This document shows, in pieces, positions 51,983 through 64,000 of a stretch of DNA of 64,000 nucleotides. Under the pieces are notes generated by a model that worked only from the letters and a program-made list of their open reading frames with translations, did not search any database and was not told where the DNA came from. Position numbers and translations under genes: made by a program. How positions within the stretch are numbered: the stretch's first letter is position 1; each line of letters begins with the position of its first letter. The DNA comes from Octopus sinensis (taxonomy: Eukaryota). The stretch lies in NCBI RefSeq assembly GCF_006345805.1, contig NC_043000.1, positions 160,084,001 through 160,148,000 of the forward strand, written 5' to 3'.

Positions 51983-52965
51983 TTAATTGGTTGATTTTTT
52001 TGTTGAGTCATTTGATGCACCAGATGAGTGTTTTTTCTTTTTAGGGAGCCGGTTTCTGTTTGTATTAGTAGATTTCGTGGGAGCGTGTTTAGTGCATGTA
52101 TAGGTGACAATGTTTTCAAAGTGCTGCCACGCGGTCTCAATATGAGAGGAATTGAGAGTAAAAGACCAGTCGATGGAAGACAGATCCTTTCTGATTGTTC
52201 CCCAGTCCGCTTTGTGGAAGTTTATGTTGTCAAGTGGGTGCCATGGAGTGGGATTGGAAGGTTTGGTTTTTATATATCGGGAATATAAATTGCAGAGTAC
52301 CATGTCGTGGTCTGAGAGGAGAGTTCTTTCGACTGAAATACTGTGAACGTAGCTAGAGTGATTGGTCAATACCAGATCCAAGATCGTTTTATTCTGCCTC
52401 GTTGGTTCGAGCACTAGCTGAGTCAGGAAGTATTCATCCATCAGATTAAAGAGCAGTTCTGCTGCTGCTCTATCTGATGTTGAGCACTTGCCTAACTTCA
52501 GAGTATTTGTGGGCCAGTTCACATGAGGGAGGTTAAAATCACCCATCACTAGCATGTTTCCGGAGTGGTACTTCCGAAGGAAGGACTTGGCTTTGCTAAG
52601 GCACTCTTCAAAGCACTTTAGAGGTGCCTGGGGAGGCCTGTAAAGACCAGCAATGATTGTCCTTCGCTTTGCTATATAGTGATACCGATTCACAGTAGAC
52701 ATTGGAAAATATGTCCTTGGCATCAAGTGAAAAGGAGTCATGGATAAAGATGGCTGTCCCTCCCTTATTTCGGTCTGTGCGATCCGCACGAACAATGGTG
52801 AAATCTTTTATTTTCACCTCTACGTCCATATGGGTGTTGTTCAGGTGAGTCTCGGTAAGGATAAAGAAAGGGAAGCAATGTGCCATTTCGGCAAGCCAAC
52901 TCTCTATATATGAGATCTTCCATTTTTGGGCAATAAGTGATGGGTTGATGCCACGTACATTTAAC
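51983..52965 (-). pseudogene. ORF2 apurinic-type endonuclease domain (frameshifted)
   Basis: FLLNVRGI, ILTETHL, RADR...KGGTAIF, GLYRPP, MGDFNLP, EPTRQNKTILDLVLT and LSDHDMV motifs across two frames. Confidence 0.9.
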
Positions 52966-53668
52966 AGGAATGTCGAGGTAAGGGAAGTTGGTAATGGGTG
53001 AGTGGTCCTTGTGATTTGCTTAGGTGGTTGCTGATAGCTCGCTGGATCTCCTGGCTTAGGTCAGCCTTCATATTTTCTAGGTATGTCAGTAAAAAAGAGT
53101 TACTTGTTTGGTTTGCCACTTGGTCAGAGGATACATATTTCATGTTGGCGTTATTTGGTGTTTTTTCATGGTTCTGTCTACGTTGTTTGATTGTAGGAGG
53201 GGAAACATGGTTGTATTTTGTTCTTGTTGTTGTCCTAGATTTCCTCTGTTCCTGTTCATATTTATTCTGTGATCTTTTTGTGCCCTTCAGATGGTGGTGG
53301 TTGCATTCTGGGTTCAGGCACATCCTTTGTGACACAGAAGTTTGGCACAGTTTAGGATGGAATAAGGTGCATCCATTGCCTTTTGTGCATCCGTATTTAG
53401 GATCAGGACCATGGATTCTGTATTTAGGACAGTATTTGGGGTGGAGGTGGGGGCAGTTTTTTCCTGTTATACCATATGGACAGGTGCCCTTAACAAGTCT
53501 ACGACATAAGGTAGGATGGGATAAAGCACAGTGTCCATTGTTGTTTGTGCCGCTGGCGCCAAATCTACAGTTGCCTTTAGAATAGTAACGGCATGGGGTT
53601 TTATGTGGTTGTAGTAGTGGTTTTTCTATTCTGGCTGTAGTAGCAGTAGCTGAGTTTTGTTGTTTCAA
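52961..53668 (-). CDS. LINE ORF1 protein with four tandem CCCH zinc fingers
   Basis: 235-aa open frame; C-x7-C-x12-C-x3-H, C-x7-C-x8-C-x3-H, C-x13-C-x5-C-x3-H, C-x8-C-x4-C-x3-H; lies immediately upstream of the endonuclease. Confidence 0.75.
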   Translation of the reverse strand: MKQQNSATATTARIEKPLLQPHKTPCRYYSKGNCRFGASGTNNNGHCALSHPTLCRRLVKGTCPYGITGKNCPHLHPKYCPKYRIHGPDPKYGCTKGNGCTLFHPKLCQTSVSQRMCLNPECNHHHLKGTKRSQNKYEQEQRKSRTTTRTKYNHVSPPTIKQRRQNHEKTPNNANMKYVSSDQVANQTSNSFLLTYLENMKADLSQEIQRAISNHLSKSQGPLTHYQLPLPRHSC

Positions 53669-54104
53669 GGTAGTGTCAGAAGCAGGTTGTTTATTTTGTG
53701 ATAGTGGGTTTTAAAAAAATGCTAAGAGGGGCTTTTTGTTTAAACAGTTTACATAAAAGTGATCAAAATATGTCGTAAAATAAATTCATAATTATTTATA
53801 AGTTCATCAAAAATCATGATTGTATAGATGCATATATACAAAAAGAATTTGTAAACAGTATTTGATAGAAGAAGTCAAAATTTCTTCAGAAATCCTATAT
53901 AAGTATTTATACAGAATTTTAGGGGAATGACCAACCTTTTTTCCATCATCTGTGTCACACACACACACACACACACTCTTTCTCTCCCTCTCTCTCTCTC
54001 TCTCCTGATGAAGTTTTGACTAAGCAATACATGCTTTCTCTTATCAATTAAACACACTCACACAAACACACACACACACATAAATACATTATATAGACGT
54101 TATA

Positions 54105-54520
54105 TAGGCGCAGGAGTGGCTGTGTGGTAAGTAGCTTGCTTACCAACCACATGGTTCCGGGTTTAGTCCCACTGCGTGACACTTTGTGCAAGTGTCTTCT
54201 ACTATAGCCTCGGGCCGACCAAAGCCTTCTGAGTGGATTTGGTAGACGGAAACTGAAAGAAGCGTGTCGTGTATATGTATATATATATATATATGTGTGT
54301 TTGTGTGTCTGTGTTTGTCCTCCTAACATCGCTTGACAACCGATGCTGGTGTGTTTATGTCCCTGTAACTTAGCGGTTCGGCAAAAGAAACCGATAGAAT
54401 AAGTACTAGGCTTACAAAGAATAAGTCCAAAGAATAAGTCGATTTGCTCGACTAAAGGCGGTGCTCCAGCATGGCTGCAGTCAAATGACTGAAACAAATA
54501 AAAGAGTAAAAGAGTAAAGA
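54105..54520 (+). mobile_element. tRNA-derived SINE, family A (full length)
   Basis: Colinear with 37013-37393. Confidence 0.9.
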
Positions 54521-54611
54521 GTATGTGAGTATATACATATATACACACACATACACACACAAACACACACACACACACATATATATATATACACATATAT
54601 ATATACACATT

Positions 54612-54844
54612 AAGGCGGCGAGCTGGCAGAAACTTTAGCGCATCGGGCGAAATGCTTAGCGGTATTTCGTCTTTCGTTACGTTCTGAGTTCAAATTCCTC
54701 CGAGGTCGACTTTGCCTTTCATCCTCTTGGGGTCGATAAATTAAGTACCAGTTACGCACTGGGGTCGATGTAGTCGACTTAATCCGTTTGTCTGTCCTTG
54801 TTTGTCCCCTCTATGTTTAGCCCCTTGTGGGTAGTAAAGAAATA
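54612..54844 (+). mobile_element. tRNA-derived SINE, family B (full length)
   Basis: aaggcggcgagctggcagaa ... gagttcaaattcc ... ccccttgtgggtagtaaagaaata. Confidence 0.9.
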
Positions 54845-55719
54845 TATATATATATATACACATGTAGGTGCATGTAAATATGTATGTATTCACTTACACG
54901 CATATATATGGTAAATGGGGAGAGAAGCGATGAAGAGAAAAACAGAGAGAAAGATGACAACTGAGAGCAACGGTGGTGGAAGCGACTGAAAGTATAAGAA
55001 ACATGCTCGGCATATGGGTGAACATTGTTTATAATTGAAACAAACAACCTAGTTTACAGCACAGTTTGAAGGCTTGGATTTGCTCTATTCGAAAGCTTTT
55101 GGGTGTAAGTTTGGGTGTAGCTAACTACAGAATTCTAAATGATCGAGAAATTTGTTAAAAGATGTTTGGCACTGGAAAAATGTCGGAGAATGATGCCTTG
55201 TTTGAAAATCTTACACGATGAGTTTTGTTAATAGTATTGTTTGAAAAAAATGTAAACATTCTTTTTAGACAAAATTACGGAAAGCAAACTGAGTTTGCAC
55301 TATAATCGAGGAATATAATGAATGATGGGATGATTCTGCGGGTGGTCAACTCGCTTATGGTACCCTGTATGAATACATGCACATTCTCACACGCCTGTAA
55401 GTATAAATACGTGTATAAATATATCTTAGCATCTTGTTATCTCTGCATGAATAGATGCAAGTGTTGCATACTTTGCGGGGTCTAAACCAGTAAAAGCAAA
55501 ACATTCAATGAAACATTCGATAAGTGGATGTAGGCATGTGCAAACAGGGTTGGTGGAACATATGAGCTCCTACTGTATGTGGGGCCCATCATTCCCACAC
55601 CTTTACAAACGTGTGAAGGGCCTCAGCAGGACTAAAATCACACCTACGCACTGCTCATGTTTCCGAGATCAGTGATCAATGGCATTGCTCGAAATCAAGT
55701 TGCAACTAGTATCATCGTA

Positions 55720-55885
<166 letters not shown>

Positions 55886-55924
55886 GTCGTCTCTTCCCTT
55901 CCCTCCCCCTCTCCCCGTCTCTCT

Positions 55925-56110
55925 TCAAATATTGCACCACTTCGTCTCTGGATCTAAACTTTTTTAGTACCAGTAGAGTATAAATCAAGATATAACACAG
56001 TTGGCCAATATATTCATTAGTTAATATGTCGGCATTATAAATTCAGAACTGTTGGCAACTGGTATAAATGTCCCCCTGAAGCTGTAACTGGGGTAGAAAA
56101 TGTAGCGATT
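55925..56110 (+). mobile_element. Short R4/Dong-like fragment homologous to 46975-47160
   Basis: caaatattgcaccact...gagtataaatcaagatat..cacagttgg.ca.tatat.cattagttaatatgtcggcattataaat.cagaactgttg shared. Confidence 0.8.
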
Positions 56111-56716
56111 CTTCGAGTCCCTCCCAACCTCCGCATTGTATTAATCATTTACTGGTTTATAAATTATGTGGCTTTCATGTGTTTGTGTAATAGTTCTCCC
56201 TCCATTGATCCAAGGGTTTGTGAGTGATGCCGTGTCTGCTCGTGACCACACGGGTACTTAAAACAAATTCCGAAAGCATTGTCCCAAATGATAATAATTG
56301 GTCTTCGCTTGCGAATTGTATCAGTACTTATTTATATGTATGTTGTTACTTGTTTACACACAAACATACATATAAATAAGATATCCATTACATAACTTCA
56401 TATTTACATTTGCATTTAACTACCAATACATATACGTACATACGCACACATAGCATGTGTAGAATGTTGGGTAATTAATGTGAGGAATACTAACGAAATG
56501 TATCGTTGTTTACATGTGTGTTGACAGATATTCAAATATCGCATGTCTGGAGTTTATAACCTAACAAATGGAACAGAAATGTACTTGAACAAGTGTTTTG
56601 TTGTGTTTATAGTTTAGCTTAATTTATGATTATACACATAGATACATACATACAAGCGTACATACATAAACTTGTGTGTGTGTCTTTCTATCTTCCTCAC
56701 ACACACAAATATATTT

Positions 56717-56816
<100 letters not shown>

Positions 56817-58026
56817 GTTATATATGTACTAACAGAGGTACCCGGGGTTGCCCATGTTACATGCAATTGAAGAATTACACTTTTCTGTTATATTTTCTGA
56901 AATGAATTGGATTACCTCTCATTCAAATTTCATTAAAATTGCAGATGTTATTTCCCTCTTTACACACCCTAAAAAAATTCTAATCCTGACACATGTATCC
57001 TATACTACTGATCTTTATGCGCAGATTCCTAAATTCCAGTCTTTCGTAACCTGTTAAAGGATTTTGCACCTGAAAAATGTAAGACATGGAGCTCTAAAAT
57101 GTGTGAGTTAAGGCCTCTATTGGTGTGGGGTGTCTTAACGTCAACCAGGGAAGTCGCATTATTGAGAATCTTTTTAACTTGGGTCATATCTATTGTTTGA
57201 AATTCTTTGAAATATGAAATATATGTATGTTCACTGGGTTTGTAAAAGAGGGGAAACCAAAAGATGAATGATCACAATAAGCAGTCAGCTATCCTAGTCG
57301 TTACCACTCCCAATGTAAGATTCCTCACCATACAGGTGACAGGCACAGCGGTAAGCCATTGGAGGAATAACTTCACATCCTGCTAACCATATCTGTATAT
57401 ATACTTGTGTGTGTGTGTGTGTGTGTATGTTTGTGTGTGCGCGCCGGTGAGTGTGTGGATGTATGTATACATATTGCATATGAATAGAGGTATTTATTTG
57501 TAAATGGAGCAAAACTGCATACGTAATTACAGGTGTAAAGAATGCATTATATATATGAATAGGAAAGATGGATAAACATCTACACTGAGTATCAAAAAGA
57601 GACGAAACCGGTGAGAATACGAGGCAAGCTCTTCGTAATATAGTGTTGGTTTTATATGTTTGTATGTATATGAGCGGCTTCACCTCCGAGCACTTGGCTG
57701 GCTGCGAGTACGTGATTTTCAAAAAGACAAATAATTCCAAACTGCATCTGCTGTACTTGCTTGGCCAAAGTAGGACGATGCTTCGTCTCTCGCTGATATT
57801 TATTGTGCTTTGAAAAGTGCAGTTCCATAAGATATGCAAATTTCAGGTAAAATACTGGAATAACTGTTCTATACAGAGAGGTGTGATGCATAAATTTGTA
57901 GATAAATTTTAAAAAATCTTGCGTTTAAAGGTCATACATATATACATACATATATGGATGCATAAGTGTATGTGTGTGTTCATATATATATGTGTGCAAT
58001 ATGTAAATATGTATATGCATATTATA

Positions 58027-58593
58027 TTAGGTTGTCCAGAAAGTTCATGCCGAATTATAGTAGCTTACATTTCGACTTATTTTAGAACTTGGTTGAGTTC
58101 ATAAAATAGGATTTGACTACACATCCATTTAGAGCACAGTTTAAGCTATCTTTTCGTGGAAGAAGGTCTATATTCCTATAACCTGTGTTAATTCTGTAAC
58201 ACTTTAAAACGGAAGACAAGAAAGTTCATTTTAGGCACCTGATGCTTTGGGAAGCAGACAAAAATTGCTGCAGCTTGGCTGGGATGTGTTACCCCACCCT
58301 CCATATTCACCAGATATTGTTCCTTCGGATTTCCACTTATTCAGGTCTCTGCAGAATAGTTTTAATAGTAAAAATTTCATTTCCTTAGATGGCGTAAAAA
58401 GATACCTTGATGAATTCTTTGCCATGAAACCACCTCAAATCTGGGAGGAAGGGTATTTTCAAGTTAAAGGAAAGGTGGAGACGCATTGTGCAACAAAATG
58501 GTTCATATTTGGTTGATTAAAAATGTAATGGCAAGTATTTATTGACCTTTTTCTTTCGTTTAAAAACCAGCACGAACTTTCCGGACAGCCCAA
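58027..58593 (+). mobile_element. Internally deleted mariner element
   Basis: TIRs ttaggttgtccagaaagttc / gaactttccggacagcccaa with TA TSDs; N-terminal HFRHLMLW fused to C-terminal LGWDVLPHPPYSPDIVPSDFHLFRSLQN. Confidence 0.9.
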
Positions 58594-58709
58594 TAAACTA
58601 TGAATAGTTTTGAATATGTATGTATGTATGTAAGGCTGTATGTATATATATATATATATATATAAATATATATATATATAAATATATGTATACACACAAC
58701 ACACACATG

Positions 58710-58779
<70 letters not shown>

Positions 58780-59142
58780 GGGCTCATCGTAAGAAAGAGA
58801 TTAGTATGTGTGTATGTGTGTCTACGATAAAGATAAAAGAGTAGACAAAATTTCAGATGATAGTCTAATGGTATTTGACTGTCAAATGTTTATATGCAGT
58901 TTTCAAGAATACTAGTCTTCTGGAAAATAATCTCCTCAACTCGCCATGTGGCGCATTTTCCCTTATAAGCTTTGCTTTAAACTCACTTGAATCGAGCTTT
59001 TGTACTGACTGGTTAGTCTATGTCTTTATCAGGCGAGTATATGTTAATGTGATGGGTGGCTTACTTCCATCAACATATGTATGAGATATATGGAAAGTAC
59101 GACTGAGAGAGATAGACTAAGAAATCAATGTGTGTATATGTA

Positions 59143-59211
<69 letters not shown>

Positions 59212-59789
59212 GATAAAGAGGTATAGAGATAGATAAATAGATAGATAGATATATAGATAGATAGATTGAGAGAAAGAGAATGAGGGAGAGATTTCAATTT
59301 GAGTCTGTAAGAGTGAAAAAAAATAGTTTTTCGTAAAATGTTTATGTCTGTTTATATAAAGATGGGTGATTGAAAGGTTTGTTGTGTATAAGGAAAGAAG
59401 GTTGTCCGTGAGCGCTCGGAAGAGAGCAAAAAGGCTGGTGGTAATTCAGGATATATGTTTATATTCCAAAGCGAATAGAAGTTTTTTTGTGAATGCAATT
59501 CCGTAGTGATGGAATACAAGGAAAATATAACAAATATAATTGAGGTTCATGCTTTGCAATGAACAAAAGACATCGCAATCATCGACCTCGAGCAGATGGC
59601 CATTTTCATGTTACTAGAAACATGTTACGGGTTTAATGAGAGTAAGGACTAGGTTATAAACAGTAAGGAATAAATAGACTATAAACAGTAATCTTCCTCC
59701 ATCGACATTGAATATCTTCCGTCTAAATTTATCTCAGTTGATGCTTACTCTCTCACTTTACACGTCTCTCACATATTTTCCATCGTGCT

Positions 59790-59791
59790 TT

Positions 59792-59827
<36 letters not shown>

Positions 59828-59831
59828 GTCG

Positions 59832-59866
<35 letters not shown>

Positions 59867-59990
59867 GTCGTCGTCATCATCATCATCATCATCATCATCA
59901 TAATCATCATCATCATCATCATCATCTTCATCATCATCATCATCATCGTGGTCGTCGTCGTTGTCGCCGTCATCGTCACCGTCGTTGCTA
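59790..59990. repeat. (CAT)n/(CGT)n microsatellite
   Basis: Direct inspection; source of the poly-D/H/M/I ORFs. Confidence 0.95.
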
Positions 59991-60329
59991 AGCAGAAGAT
60001 AAACTGAATGAAGGCACTTTTCCATGTCTTGAGAATGGCAGAGTAATTAGGGGATTTCGCCTGAGGTTTATCCTGCAGTATTCTAAGTGGACTACCCAGC
60101 TATTGGGGATACTATTTACCTATTCTTTTTTATCTAACTATTTATTTGTTTCTCTACTTTCTATTATATATCCGCTGTTATATCCCTTAATACGGCCGTA
60201 CCTCCTTTGATCGATGTAAATCGTACCTGTTTTTGTTTTTGTTTCTCATTTTGTTTTGTGTGCTGTAACCCGTTCGTCGATATTGTCCTCCATGGCTCGG
60301 GCCCTTGTGGCCGATAAAAGAGATTATTA

Positions 60330-60662
60330 TTATTAGTATCATTATCATTATTATTATTATTTCTTTTTATCCCATTTTTATTAGAGCTCCTGGAGCCTTG
60401 CATGCGTAGCGGGCTTGCTACTGCATTATACGGTACCATGTTATCCGTTCTTTGCAAATATCCGATACTTTCCTGATTATTCTGGCCGTGCCAAGGAGGC
60501 AAAACTTTTGTAGCAGCTCTATTGAGAACTCTATTCCAATTTCCTTTATATTCCTCTTGATACCTTCTGATACTGTTCCCAAGGACCCAACGATGATTGC
60601 CCTTATCTTCACCTTGATCATTTTCCTTAGACGGGTTATTTCTTAAAAGGCTTGTATATTTC

Positions 60663-60665
<3 letters not shown>
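60330..60665 (-). mobile_element. 3' end of an R4/Dong-like non-LTR element with a (TAA)n tail
   Basis: IRAIIVGSLGTVSEGIKRNIKEIGIEFSIELLQKFCLLGTARIIRKV is the RLE C-terminal helix motif; followed by (TAA)n on the minus strand. Confidence 0.8.
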
Positions 60666-60732
<67 letters not shown>

Positions 60733-60950
60733 TTCTTCTTCTTCTTCTTCTTCTTCTTCTCTCTTCTTCTTCTTCTTCTCTCTCTCTCTTCTGCTTCTCT
60801 TCTTCTTCTTTTCTTCTTCTTCTTCTTCTTCTTCTTCTTCTTCTCTTCTTGATTTTGTTGTTGTTGTTGTTGTGGTTGTTTTATTATTATTATTATTATT
60901 ATTATTATATTATTATTATTATTATTATTTTTTATTATTATTATTATTGA
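60665..60950. repeat. Compound (TTC)n, (TTG)n, (TTA)n microsatellite
   Basis: Direct inspection. Confidence 0.95.
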
Positions 60951-61470
60951 TGAGAGCAGTCAGCAAACATCAAAGTGACACGGGGGTAAAATATACGAAG
61001 CCCAATATACCCATCATGACTACCCGTCTGATAAGGATACACCAGGCACATGCATCACAACCATATGTGCGCGACATGGTGATCTCATATCAAGATAAAC
61101 AGCACATGACCTTGCAGGTGGGGCCCAGTTAGAATTTTCTTCATGTCGAGTAATCTATCCCACTGAAAAGGTCCCTGAATAAGGGTTGTTTAAGGACGTT
61201 GAACGAAACACCTATGTTTCCAGAGGTGAATTATTCAAACCCCAAAGAATCCCTCTCAACACATGGCTATGATGCTCCCCCACTATTTCTGCTCGTGATC
61301 AGAGACGCACATATCGTCAGCCAGTAAGGGACATGCTCAACTGGTTAAGGCCAAACAACTGACAAGCAAATCTGTGGTATTGAGCAGAATATTTGCTGCA
61401 GGCCATTTTTTTATACCAAGACAAAACAATGTACATGATAACACTTCCAATCAGTTAAGATAAGAAGCCA
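60950..61470. other. About 520-bp complex-sequence island embedded in (ATT)n; probable unclassified retroelement remnant
   Basis: Non-repetitive, higher-GC block bounded on both sides by ATT repeats; no recognisable ORF. Confidence 0.45.

Positions 61471-64000
<2,530 letters not shown>

Larger units (their letters stand above)
50251..53700 (-). mobile_element. Near full-length CR1/L2-type LINE (ORF1 plus APE-RT ORF2), disabled
   Basis: ORF1, APE endonuclease, RT and C-terminal domain in order; 3' stem-loop and (ATCTAAGTT)3 tail at 50251-50300. Confidence 0.9.

Noticed and set aside
59708-60025. Poly-Asp/His/Met/Ile ORFs
   Set aside because: Frames of a (CAT)n microsatellite; no flanking coding signal.

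Overview
AT-rich, microsatellite-saturated, non-genic animal DNA. The tRNA-derived SINE families resemble those I recall from Octopus genomes; this is an inference, not a database result. I found no convincing host protein-coding exon, and almost every long ORF in the track is an artefact of (CA)n, (TA)n, (ATT)n or (CAT)n repeats. Recognisable elements: a near full-length but lesioned CR1/L2-type LINE (50251-53700, minus) whose ORF1 has four CCCH zinc fingers and an in-phase UUUUUUA slippery site; two more 3' LINE fragments; HERO-like and R4/Dong-like non-LTR fossils with restriction-like endonucleases; a Penelope-like GIY-YIG remnant; Helitron pieces; mariner and Tigger fossils; a small MITE; and about 20 SINE copies in four families. 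The most notable signal is a set of short, mostly (TA)n-anchored, non-coding repeats carrying minimal type I hammerhead-ribozyme folds with palindromic or near-palindromic stem III (clearest at 43991-44050 + and 4076-4151 -). Several sit in asymmetric fold-back structures with arms of 116-240 bp, consistent with non-autonomous Penelope-derived, ribozyme-bearing retroelements. All alignments and folds were done by eye and coordinates of degenerate elements are approximate.
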